Assembly (NCBI GenBank): GCA_000004695.1
Contig: CM000154.2
Span: 1,248,001 to 1,312,000 of the forward strand
DNA from: Dictyostelium discoideum
Lineage: Eukaryota
Reading direction: 5' to 3'
Length of the DNA: 64,000 bases
Under the pieces are notes generated by a model. The model was not told where the DNA came from and searched no databases. It was given only the letters and a program-made list of their open reading frames with translations. This document shows, in pieces, positions 1-12,873 of this stretch. The stretch's first letter is position 1; each line of letters begins with the position of its first letter. The position numbers were made by a program, and so were the translations under genes.

Positions 1-1001
1 TTTGGATGGACGATGACGTACCCGGTATGGAAGGTGCTGCAAAATTCTCAGAGAAATTAGGAATTCAACGTACTTTTATAGTTTCAACCAAACAAAATGA
101 TCCAAATGGTCCAAAAGATGCAAACGATGCATTATTGGCTGGCAAAGATTTAAAAGCGATTTTATCAACAGCTGCCAATATACCACATGATCAAATTTGT
201 GATTTCAGTGATGTAAGATCAATAATACATAATGAATTAAAGGATCCTCTATCGGTTATTGGTAAACAAAGTAAATGGTTCCCTTCATTTAATAAAGTTT
301 TAAAAGGTCATAGAAAGGGAGAGTTAACCATTTTCTCTGGTCCAACTGGTATTGGTAAAACAAGTGTATTATCCCAATTATCTTTGGATTTCTGTTCACA
401 GGGTACTAGAACACTTTGGGGTAGTTTTGAATTAAAAGTACCAAGATTGGCCAGAAAAATGTTATCACAATTTTCAAATTGTAATTTAGATAAACATGTT
501 GAAAATTATCAAGAAATAGCAGACAATTTCTCAAATATGCCAATGTATTTCCTTAGATTCTTTGGTTCAACTCAAGTTGATAAAGTAATAGACGCTATGG
601 AATATGCTGTTTACGTTCAAGATGTTGAACATATAGTTTTAGATAATTTACAATTCATGTTGGGTTCTCAAGCTAAAGGTATTGAAAGATTTGAAATTAT
701 GGATGATTCAATTGAAAAACTTCGTAAATTCGCTTCTCAAAAAAATGTACATATCACTTTAGTAATTCATCCAAGAAAACAAGATATCGATCAAGTACTA
801 AACATTAATGATATCTTTGGTACTGCTAAAGCTACTCAAGAAGCTGATAATGTTATCATTTTACAAAATTCTAAAAATAATCAACGTTATTTAGATATTA
901 AAAAGAATCGTTTCTCTGGTGATCTTGGTATAATTCCTTTATCTTTTGAAAAAGAAACAAATAGATTTAGTGAATCAAATGAATTTGATAATAATAATTT
1001 A

Positions 1002-1038
<37 letters not shown>

Positions 1039-1044
1039 TAAATT

Positions 1045-1049
<5 letters not shown>
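1..1049 (+). CDS. DnaB-like or Twinkle-type mitochondrial DNA helicase, C-terminal part. It is truncated at the 5' end by the window edge.
   Basis: The ORF is open to the window edge: the TGG codon at 3-5 is in frame with the ATG at 6. It carries a Walker A motif FSGPTGIGKTS and RecA/DnaB-fold helicase motifs (HIVLDNLQFM, HITLVIHPRKQD). The motif DANDALLAG at the TOPRIM-to-helicase junction recalls T7 gp4 or Twinkle. The product ends in a poly-Asn tail and the TAA at 1047-1049. Confidence 0.6.
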
Positions 1050-1081
<32 letters not shown>

Positions 1082-1147
1082 TAAATTTATAATAATAATA
1101 TTAAAAACACAAAAAAAAAAAAAAAGAATTTATTTTTTTTATATTAT

Positions 1148-2717
1148 TTAAATTTTTGAGGATGTTGGTGTTGGAATTTGTTGAAATGACAAATGATTAT
1201 TGTTTGGTGCATAATAGTTATAAGTTTGTTGTTGTTGTTGTTGTTGATGCCATTGACTTTGGTTTGAAATATCTTCATTCGTTGTTGCGGTATTTAGTTG
1301 ACTTCCACAATTTACATAATTATTTGAATAGTAATTGTAATATTGTTGTTGTTGTTGTAGGTGTTGTGGAACATGGTATCTTTGTTGTTGTGGTTGTTGT
1401 GGTGGTTGTTGTTGTTGATAAACCATTTGGTTATAATTTTTATTTTGGAATTGGTAAACTTTTGGACTTTGATTATTTTTAGAAATTAATGGACTATATG
1501 GGTTATTTGGTGAATGATTAGAATGTGGTGTTTGAATATTTTTGTATACCTTTTGGGGTAGTTGAATTAATCCATTTCCATATTTTTTATTTGTTGTACT
1601 TGGACTGTTAAAGTCCCATTTGGATGTAGAGGTAGAAGAAGAATAGTTTATATTTTTAAATACATTACCATGATTTAATGGTGAATGATCAGAGTTGTTT
1701 GATTTACATGGTGCTCCAAAAGAGTAAGACTTCATTAATGTTGGTGTTGTTGGGCTACTTATATTGCATGGTGAAGAATAGTTATTAGGTGACATTGATA
1801 TTGGTGATGAATTTGATGATTCATTATTTAATTTTACATGGTTATTGTAATTATTATTATTATTATTTTTAATTATATTAATATTACTATTTGAATTATT
1901 ATTTGTGTTATTAACACTTGAAATTGAAATTGGTGATAAAGAATTTGAAGGTTTTTCAGTTTTAAAGAAAACTGGAGCGGAGTTTGAAAGAATGTTTGAA
2001 CCATTAAATTCAGTAGGACTTGATTTATTACTATTTGGTTTTGTTAAACCACCTGATAAGGACAACTCTCTTTTTTTAACGGTTTTATTTAAAAGTTTTT
2101 GTTTTAATTTAATTTCTCTTTTTAATTTCTATTTTAAATGATTAAAAAAAAAAAAAGTTAATATATTTTATAAATTGAAAAAAAAAATAAATAAATTAAA
2201 TAAAAAATTTTACCTTTATTTTTTTCTTTAAATTTGAATTTAAATTTTGTGTTGATTGATTCTTTGAAGAGTTTGAATTATTGTTACTGATTGAAGATTG
2301 GGTAGTAATATTGTTGGTATCATTTTTAGAATTTTGTTTTGAATCTTCATCGGAGTCATCATTATCATCATCATCACTAAAAATATTATTATTATTTTCT
2401 TCATTTTTATTTTTATTTAAAATTGAATTTAAAAAATTTTCTGCTTGATTAAATTCAATTGTATTATTTTCTAAATTGTTTTTTTCTTTTAAAAGGGGTT
2501 GTTTATTTATAATATTATTACCATTTAAAAATTCACCTGGTAAATCAATTATAACTTTTTCATTATCTTGGCATTTAAAAATTACCATTGTGTTTTTATT
2601 ATTAGTAGTATTGGTATTGGTATTATTATTATTATTATTATTATTATAAATATTATTATTATTATTAATATTATTATTATTATTATTAATATTATTATTG
2701 TTACTAATAGTATCCAT
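1148..2717 (-). CDS. Hypothetical low-complexity protein rich in Asn, Ser and Gln, about 494 aa in 2 exons.
   Basis: The first ATG is at 2717; the ORF track's start at 2762 is a TTG. Exon 1 is 2717..2214 and ends AAG|GTAAAA. The intron is about 85 nt and ends TTAAAATAG. Exon 2 is 2128..1148. The exon phases match (0/0). I recognise no domain. Confidence 0.35.
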
Positions 2718-3571
2718 ATTTAGTATTGTGAAATTATTATCTATTAATAATGAAATTAACAATAAAAAAAAGTTGTGATCTTGAAAAAATATAATTTAAT
2801 GTTACAAATAAAAAATGTGGGTTTATTTATTATTTTTATTTTTAATTTTTTAACGAGCAATTATTCAAACTAAGATTTAATTAATTTTTTTTTTTTTTAA
2901 TATTTTTTTAATTTTTTTTTTTTTGTTTTTTTTTTATAATTAATACTAATTGTAGATATTTATTTTAGTTCAATTTTATTTTTAAAAAATAATAATAACA
3001 TAAATTAATTTGGAAACTAAATTAAAACTTTTAAAATTTGAGTTGACTTTTTTTTTTTTTTTTCAATAAAAAATAATTTCCAATGAAGATATATATTAAA
3101 GTGGGGGGTTTGTCAAAATCAGGAAAAAAAAAAAATATAAAAATTGGGGTAATAAAATAAACCACACAAACACATTAAATTCTAGAATTTCCGTATTCAA
3201 ATATTAAAAAAAAATTTTTTTTTAGAACAACACACAACCACACAACCCATAAATAATTTTTTTTTTTTATTTAAATAAAAAATCGTAAGGACAATAACAA
3301 CAATAACACACTTAAAAAGACAAATTTGATTTCATAAAACTTTATTTTTATATTTTTTTTTTATTTTAATTTTGACCCTATTTATTTTTTTTTTCTTAAT
3401 TTTCCTTTTTAATTCCTTTTGTTTAATTCCTATATATTTGAAAATAATATTAGTAAAGGATATTTTCATTTAAAATTAATTTGAAAAGATTATATATGTT
3501 TTTATAATTACAACAATAACATGCACCTCTTTTTTTTTTTTTTTTTTTTAATTATTATTATTATTATTATC

Positions 3572-3614
<43 letters not shown>

Positions 3615-4160
3615 TAATTAAAAATAAAAATATTAAAATTGTGTTTAATTCCTAATACTCTAGGGCAAAAAGATGGATGCGTGTGTTTCCAAACAATAAA
3701 ATGAATAAATAAAAACAATACAAATATGGTTTATAATAGATTAAATAATCTTAGTTAGAGAATGTGTGTTTGAGTGTGTGTTAATTTTTGTGTGTATTTA
3801 TATTTGAGAGAAGTGTGTGGGTCTAAAAATAATCTCTCATTTGTATACTCTTTATATAGTAATTTTAGTGGGTTGTTTATTATTATTGTTTTTTTTTATT
3901 TTTTTAATTTATTTTACAAAAATTTGATTAAATAGAGTGATTATATACAAATAATTATTTTAAATAAATAAATGTATTTTTTTTATTTAAAAATTATTTT
4001 TTCTTTTCCAAGTGCTAGTGATAGAGAGGAGAAAAAAAAATCAAAAAAAAAAAAAAAAAAAAAATCAAAAAAAGGTTTATTGTGTTTTAAGGGTGTGTTT
4101 ATGTGTGTGTGTTGTTAATAACAAATAAATAATGAGTGAATTTAATATTTATATGATATT

Positions 4161-4195
<35 letters not shown>

Positions 4196-4282
4196 TTATA
4201 ATTTTATATTATTATTATAATAATTTTAAATCAATTGTTTTTTTTAAAAAAAAAAATTTTTTTTTTTTTTTTTTTTAAGGGA

Positions 4283-4320
<38 letters not shown>

Positions 4321-4435
4321 CCCCGGGGGGATAATTTTTTAAAATTTTAATTTTCCCCTAAATTTTTGGAAAAAAAAAAAAAAAGTTTTAAATATATTTT
4401 TTTTATAAAAAAAAAAAAATTTTTAAAAAGAGGGG

Positions 4436-4468
<33 letters not shown>

Positions 4469-4636
4469 TTTTTTTTTTTTTTTTAAGATTGTTAAATAAT
4501 TATTAAAAATTATATAATAATAATAAAAAAAAAAAAAAATAATTAAATTTGCAATTAAATTAAAAAAATAAATAAATAAAATCGAAAATAAATAATAATT
4601 AAAATATAAATATAAAATTTTATATATTTTGTATAG

Positions 4637-4680
<44 letters not shown>

Positions 4681-4722
4681 AATAATTTTTTATTATTATT
4701 TAAATATATATAGAATTAAAAA

Positions 4723-5852
4723 ATGACTATTATGTCAGATATTATCGCACAAAGAACAATCTTGCTAATCGCGGATTTTTCATCGATTATTGGATGTTCT
4801 TTGGTTTTAATTGGATTTTGGAGGTTAAAACTTTTACGTAATCACATTACAAAAATTATATCATTATTTTGCGCAACTTCTCTATTTAAAGATGTAATAT
4901 CAACAATTATCACATTACTGTATAAACCCGACCAAACAGAATCTGGTTTTCCTTGTTATCTTCATGCAATAGTAATTACTTTTGGTTCATTAGCATGTTG
5001 GCTTTGGACTCTTATGTTATGTATGTTTTTTTATTTTTTTATTTTCCTTATAAAAAAAAAAAAAAAAAAAAATTAAAAAAATTAATATTAATATTAAAAT
5101 TTTAATTTTAATTAAAATAGCATTTAGTATTTATAATTTAATAGTAAGAAGAGAACCAGAACCAGAAAGATTTGAAAAATTTTATTTTTGTCTTTGTTAT
5201 GGATTACCATTGATTAGTACGATTGTTATGTTATCAACACATATTATTCAACCAGTTGGTGGTTGGTGTTGGATTGGTGATAACTATGATGGGTATAGAT
5301 TTGGATTATTTTATGGGCCATTCTTTTTCATTTGGGGAACATCAGCAATTTTGGTTGGATTAACATCGAAATATACATACTCTGTAATACGTAGTAGTGT
5401 ATCTGATAATAAGGATAAACATATGACCTATCAATTTAAATTGATAAATTATATCGTTGTATTTTTGGTTTGTTGGGTATTTGCAATCGTTAATCGTATT
5501 CTAAATGGTTTAAATCAATTTCCAACGGTTCCAAATGTTTTACACACCTATTTCAGTGTTTCCCACGGTTTCTATGCTTCCATCACTTTTATTTACAATA
5601 ATCCATTGATGTGGCGTTACTTTGGTGCAAAATTCTTATTGATCTTTAGTAAATTTGGTTTATTTGTTCAAGCTCAACAACGTTTGGAATTAAATAAAAA
5701 TAATAATAATCCATCACCAATTATGAGATCAAAGAATGCTCTAGATAATGGTGCCGACTCTTCGGTTGTAGAATTACCTTGTCTCTCAAAAGCTGATTCT
5801 TTATCACTTGATGCTGAAAATAATATTGAAACTCCAAAAGAAAATGAAAATC

Positions 5853-5890
<38 letters not shown>

Positions 5891-5950
5891 AATCATTATA
5901 ATAATAATAATAACAATAATAATATAAATAATAAAAATGATATGATTTAA
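4723..5950 (+). CDS. cAMP receptor (cAR) family 7TM GPCR in 2 exons.
   Basis: Exon 1 is 4723..5020 with donor GTATGT at 5021. The intron is about 100 nt. Exon 2 is 5121..5950 after acceptor AAAATAG; an alternative acceptor giving an exon start at 5145 is also in frame. Motifs are nearly identical to the Dictyostelium cAR1-4 family as I remember it: [82 protein letters not shown]. The intron sits after TM3, as in cAR genes. The C-tail has an 11-His run. Confidence 0.8.
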
Positions 5951-6055
5951 AAGTGATAATAAAATAAATAATAAATAATCAATAATCAATAATAAGAACC
6001 TTCCCAAATAATATTTCAACAACTAAAAACGTGATTAACTTTTTTTTTTTTTGAA

Positions 6056-6093
<38 letters not shown>

Positions 6094-6146
6094 ATAACAA
6101 ATCATGATTAAATAATATTATTTAAATGATATATATAATTTTTTAG

Positions 6147-6207
<61 letters not shown>

Positions 6208-6757
6208 AAAAAAAAAAAAATAAAATAAAATAATTATTGTAATGTTATACTATGTACTATAATTAAAACATAGTATTTTTTTTTTATTTTTTTTTATGGT
6301 TGTTTTGAAATTCTTTTTAAAATTTCACAATTTTTATTTATTTATTTAAAATTTAATTAAATAAAAAAAATGAAAAAGAAAAAAAAGAAAATCGAAAATT
6401 TTTTAAAGAAAAAAAAAATAAAAAAAAAAAAAAAAAAAAATTTAGGGAATAAAATAAAAAATAAAATGAGTAAAAAAAAATAATTATATAATATATATTA
6501 TTACAGAAAAATAATAAATAAATTAATAAATAGAATAAGAAGTTTATTTGTTTTTAATTTTTAATTTTTTATTTAATTTTTTATTTAATTTTTTATTTAA
6601 TTTAATTTTTAATTTTTTATTTAAAATCGCACCACACTTTTTTAAAAGGTAGGTGTGTGAACTTGTTGTTCGGGATGTTTTTTTATTTTTTTTTTATATA
6701 TACATTAAACAATCCCAATAAACTAATCGAAAAGAATAGTTGAGAGAACTATTTCTA

Positions 6758-6785
<28 letters not shown>

Positions 6786-6788
<3 letters not shown>

Positions 6789-7073
6789 ATATACAAAATT
6801 CATTTTAACTTTTAAAGTTTGTGTCTGATTTTCACCATCATTTTCTATAAACTTTTTTAAAAAATTTAAAATCTTTGAACCAGTTGATTTATTTTCTTTT
6901 AATTCTTTTTTAATTTGTCTAATTTGATATTGTTGTTGTAGGTGTTGTTGTTGTCTTTGTCTACGAATTCTTCTCATTTCATCACGGTTGAAATTTTCGT
7001 TATTATTCATTGGAAAATATTCAAGGTTATTTAATTTCTTTTCAGTTGATAATTCATTATTTGTTGAGACCAT
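6786..7073 (-). CDS. Hypothetical small basic protein of 95 aa.
   Basis: It has a true ATG (plus-strand CAT at 7071-7073) and a stop at 6786. It is not low-complexity and has an RRIRRQRQQQ basic stretch. It is flanked by A/T-rich sequence. I recognise no homolog. Confidence 0.3.
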
Positions 7074-7106
7074 TTTTTTATATGTTTATTTGTTTTATTT
7101 ATTTAT

Positions 7107-7159
7107 TTATTTTATTTTATTTTATTTTATTTTATTTTATTTTATTTTATTTTATTAAT

Positions 7160-7194
<35 letters not shown>

Positions 7195-7200
7195 CTTATT
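7107..7200. repeat. (TTTTA)n followed by (TTTA)n simple repeats.
   Basis: It is a direct repeat in an intergenic region. Confidence 0.85.
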
Positions 7201-7536
7201 TATATTTATTTATATTTATTTAATAGTTTATTATTTATTTATGAAAATATTATAATTTGTATGAATGTATGTTGTTGCTAAGAGTTTCAACTATAAAATA
7301 AAATTTAATAATGTTAGGTCGACTAGTTATTAAAAAAAAAAAAAAAAAATAAAAAAAAAAAATAAAAAAATGAAAAATAAAAAAAATAAAAATTTAAGAA
7401 AATAAATAAAAAAAAAATAAAATAAAATAAAATTGAATTAAAAGAATATAGAGAAGGGTCGAAATTGGATCACTAAAAGACCACAATGTTAACCCCTATT
7501 TTTTTTTTTTTTTAAATTTCAATATTTGTCATTTTC

Positions 7537-7579
<43 letters not shown>

Positions 7580-8710
7580 ATAACAAATTAAATTTATTAT
7601 TTTTTTTTTTTTTTTATTTTTTTTTTTTTTCATAGTTATTTAGTTTAAGAAATATATTTTTATTTTACCTACTTTTTATTTATTATTGTAATTATTTTTT
7701 AAAATGAGATATTGTTATAAAAGAGATATCTTGTGATAATATTTTTTTTTTTTTTGTTTATAATTTATCTGATGAAGAGATAATGAATAAAAATAACTTT
7801 TTTTATTTTTTATTTTTTTTTCTTTGAGATTTTATAGTTTTTATTTTATTTTTCAAAATTTATTTTTTTTTTTTTTTTTTTTTTTTCCAGATTTAATTTA
7901 GTGTGAGTGGATGTGTAAATGAGTGTGGCACACAAAAAAAAATGGCTTTTTTTTTAATTTTTTAATTTTTTTTTTTTTTTTTTGGAGTAAGGGTTTAAAA
8001 AATTAAATTTCATTCATATTAATTAAATTGTGAGCTTTTTTTAGAGACCCTAATAATAGGAAACACATCATTCCATTTTTATTTACTTTAATTTCCTTAA
8101 AATACAATCATAATGAAATTCTAATTTTAACCACCACACTTTTGTTTTAATATTAAATTTATTTTTGTCATGTTAATAATTAATATTAACATTAATATTT
8201 TAACATTAATTTTTTTTTTTTTTTCTTTGATTAAAAACACAACACAATCCCTTTTTTTTTTATTTTTTTTTATTTTATTATTCAATTCATTTTGTTTGAT
8301 TCACTTTTTTTTTTTTTTTATTTCATTTTTTTACCTAAATTAGAATGGTGGTGGGATTTATTTTTAAAAGAAAGTGCAATTTACAAGTCCAAAACCTATT
8401 TTTGGTAAATTACTATTTTTGTGAATGTAAAAATTTTTTAAAAAAAAACAAAAATATAAAACAGGGTAACTATTTTCTAATTATAGCAAGGTAAAAAGTG
8501 GTGTGACACTTCTTGGAATCTAAAAGTTTAAAAAAAGAATAAAAAAAGATAAAAAAAGAATAAGATAATTATAAAAATAAAATAATATAAAATAAAAAAA
8601 ATTTATTAAAGATACTATCATTATTATTATTATTTTTATTATTATTATTATTTTTATTTTTTATTTTTAGTTTTCTTTATTTTTATTTTTTTTTTTGGAC
8701 CAACAACCAA

Positions 8711-11700
8711 CTAATTATTTTTAGAAATGTCAACAATTTTAGATAGTGTTGCAATTGCCATAACTCTTGAGTCTTTATCAGAATCGGATTGAGATACTTC
8801 AAATAAAAATTGAGCAATATCTTCAATTTCATCAGTGTAGTCTTGATCAATAACTGACTTTGTAATTGTCTCTCTATAGAATACTCTTGATAGTGAATAA
8901 AGTAATGACCTTCTCACATTTGAATCTCTATGTGATTTAAATGACCACAAAAATCTAACCAACTCTTTTGATATCATTCTAGTATCATTTGAATTACCTG
9001 CACATTCAACAATAACACCCAATGTATGAATTAATCTACTTAATAAAAAACTATCATATCCCATCATCATCTCACCACCACTAGCACCACCTTCATAACA
9101 TTGAGTAACTTTATCAAATCCACTTAATAATGGATAAAAATAAATTTTTACAAATTTATGGAATCTATTTGATTTTATTATTGGTCTAGGTGTCTTTCTT
9201 TGTCCCCATTTTCTAACAATACCAATTTGTTTTAAAATTGGTAATTTACTACTTTCACCACTACCACCACCACCATTAATATTAAATATACTATTTTTAG
9301 ACTCTTCATACTGTTGTTGTTGTTGTTCTTGTTGTTGTTGTCTTTGAGTATTTTGTTGATAATTTAAAGCTGATAATTCTTTAGCAGATTCAGAGATTGT
9401 TTCCAAGATTTCAATTCTTTGACCAATGCTAAAATTCTTTTGTTTGAAAGCATCAGTGAGATAAGGAATTACTAATGAAGTTGATTGAGTTGCTAAGGAA
9501 ACTAATGATTCATGACGAATTGATGAGAATGATTCTAAATCATATTCATTTGTTAAATGAATTAATGAATTTGCAAGTTGTACACTTAATTCATCTAAAT
9601 CATCAGGTAATGACCAAACTATATTTGATATTGAATTTAATGCATTCTCCCATGACTCTGCTGTATGTTTTTGACTTTGTAATTCTAATAAACAGTCTCT
9701 TAAATATATCTTTTTTTTAATACCATTTAAATCTGATTCATCATCATCTAAATCATATGGTTTTAAATCATCATCATCCTCATCCTCCTCCTCATCTTCT
9801 GAATTGATTTCTGTAATTTTTGGTCCATTTTGTACTACTTCTTCATCTTCATCTTCATCTTCATCTTCATCATCTTCATCATTCATAATTTTATCAGGAT
9901 CATCATATTTTTTAAATTCTTTTTCTAATAATTTTTTATAATGTTCTTTTGAGCTATTTGATTGTTTTTTTTCATTTCCAATATTTGATGATGCTGTACT
10001 GTTGCTTGTTGTATTGGTGGTGGTAGTGGTATTGGTGGTCGTTAAAGGTTCTTGAAAAATTGGTTTAAAATTTAAAGAAAAACATTGTTGATCAGGTGTA
10101 TCTAGTGAATAGTTGAATTTTAATGGTTCTGATGAATTATTATTATTATTATTATTATTAAATAATTTTGAAAATTGTTCAGCTACAAACATACCACGAT
10201 TATTTATATTTGAAATTGTAAATTTTAAATGTACATCAATACCACTTAATAATAAATGTTTAATATGTTCAATCTTATCTGATGGTAATGGTTTAATAGT
10301 TGATGTTGATGTTGAATTTGCTATTGATAATTTTTCAATAAAAAAAATTATTGATCTTGTAATATAAGAATGTTGCTCATTTGTACAATGTCTAATAAAG
10401 TAAGGATCTTTCCATGATTTTAATAAATTATTTAAAATTAAAAATAATAATGGTTCTTTATCTTCATTTGTACTACCTTCAAATAATAGTATAGAATAAA
10501 GTAAATCTAAATAACAATTTTGACTATTATTATCCATTACTTTTAAAATTAATATTTTATTTATCATTATATGTACAATCATTGAAATTTCATTTCTTCT
10601 TTTAAAAATTTCTAAAAATATTAATTTAAAAACATCTTTATATATATTATAACTAACTAAAAAAGAAGGAAAATAATTATTAGAATATTTTTTTTAAATA
10701 TATATATATTTAAAATGAAAAATAAAAATTACATACATTTTGATAATGATTTTATAATTGTTTCTAAAAATGTATCTAAACAACTACCTTGAATTCCAAT
10801 AATAATATTAGATGATAATTTCTTTTTTAATATTAAACTACTATTCTTATTATCATCTTGAAATAACTCTTTAAAGAAATTATTTACAATAATATCTTTT
10901 TCACCAATTTTAATCATTTTTGAAAATAAAATTGAATATTGGTTTGAAAATAATGTTATTATATTATTTATATTATTATTATCACTATTATTATTGAGGT
11001 TGGTAGAAATACTACTATTTACAGATTGAATACATTGTTGAATGATTTTGGAATAAAATAAATTATTATTGGTAAAGAATTCTAAAATATAATCTTTAAC
11101 TGATGATAATGGTGATTGAATATTCCTAATTCTATTATTTTTATAATAATATTGAATTGATCTACATTTATCTGGTATCAAACAAATTGATTTTATTATT
11201 AAATTCCAAATTGTTTCATGAATTTCTAAATCAATATTATTATTATGTTTTTTAAATTTTCTATTTTGAAATTCAATTATTAACTTTGATAAATTATTAC
11301 TATTATTATCATTTATAAATTTATATAAAATATTAAATAAAAAGTTTAATTTTTGTGAATATAATTCTTCATTATTTTTACTATTATTATTATTACTATT
11401 ACTATTATTATAATTATATTCTGATAATAATGTTGTTAATGTTATAAATGATTCTGATAATAAATTTGGTAAAAAGAAAAAACTTTCAAATAATTGTTTA
11501 TCAAATTCTGTGAATGCATAATACCAATTATCTAAAACATTTTCAATTAATAATTTTAAAATTGATGTTATTGTTACTTGATTATCATTATCATTATTTT
11601 CGCTATTATTATAATTTAAAAATGATTGTTTTAATTCCCTTAATTGTTCAATTATTAATTTTATATCTTTAGTTTGACAAATATTATTAATTAATTCTTT

Positions 11701-11715
11701 CAATGTTAAAACCAT
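8711..11715 (-). CDS. HEAT/ARM-like scaffold protein of about 974 aa, possibly a Tel2/TELO2 homolog, in 2 exons.
   Basis: The true ATG is at 11715 (MVLTLKEL...). The ORF-track start at 11742 is a TTG. Exon 1 is 11715..10737 and ends ...AAAT|GTATGTAATTTT. The intron is about 81 nt and ends TCCTTCTTTTTTAG. Exon 2 is 10656..8711. The phase is consistent (1/2). The protein has helical-repeat N- and C-terminal halves joined by an acidic Ser/Asp/Glu linker (DEDDEDEDEDEDEE, DLDDDESD) like the CK2 site cluster of Tel2. The C-terminal ...DSNVRRSLLYSLSRVFY block resembles the Tel2 conserved domain. The family call is from memory only. Confidence 0.45.
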
Positions 11716-11947
11716 TTTTATAATATTGAAATTCTTTCCCAAAAAAATTTTTATTTTTTTTAATTTTTTATTTTATTTTATTTTTTTTTTTTTTTTTTTT
11801 TTTTTTGGAATCCAGAAACCAAAAAATCTCAATAAAAAAAAAAATTTTTTTTTTTTTTTTTTTTATTTCAAATTTTTTATTTTCATTAAATTAATTAAAA
11901 ATAAAAAAAAAAACGAGTGGTTAAATTAATTGATAATAAAATAAAAA

Positions 11948-12378
11948 ATGACATCAAATATAACGGAATTAAATAAATGGATTGAAGGTTATGTTAATCC
12001 ACAATCAGAAGAATCAGTGAAAACCAATGCGATTAATATGGTTTTATTATATATGAAATCAAATAAAATTGATTTACAAGATGTGGTTCAAGGTTTAGGA
12101 GATTATTTAAAGAGTAATGATTCAATACTTCGTGCAAGAGGTACATTATTATTATCAGAAGTATTATGTAGATTACCAGATTTACCATTAAATCAAGATC
12201 AAGTTCATTTCCTTGCAATGTTTTATTGTGATCGTTTACAGGATTATGCATGTTCTTCAGAAGTTGTTAAAGGTATTACTGGTTTAATAACAAATCATAC
12301 TCCAGATTATCCTGATAATCAAAAATTATTAAGAAAGTATGTATTAATAATAATAATAATAAATAAATAAATAAATAA

Positions 12379-12442
<64 letters not shown>

Positions 12443-12818
12443 AATTAACACAAATAATTATTATTAATTTTTAGTATATTTTCAGAAGTTCATCCAACAT
12501 CATTAACTCAAGCACATAGAAAGATGGTATTACAAGTTATTGATATAATGTTTAATAAATGTTTATCAGAGATTCAAGAACTTAAAAATGATTTTATGGT
12601 TGGATATTTACAATTTATAGATAATGAAAAGGATCCAAGAAATTTAATATTCTCATTTAAATTATTACCAAAAGTAATTTATAATATACCAGAGCATAAA
12701 CACTTTTTAGAGAGTTTATTTGAAATTATATCTTGTTACTTTCCAATTTCATTCAATCCAAAAGGAAATGACCCAAATTCAATTACTAAAGATGATTTAT
12801 CAAATTCATTATTGTAAG

Positions 12819-12873
<55 letters not shown>

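Noticed and set aside
5804-6022. Minus-strand ORF rich in Ile and Met
   Set aside because: It is antisense to the His11/Asn-rich C-tail of the cAR gene (CAT and AAT repeats read backwards).
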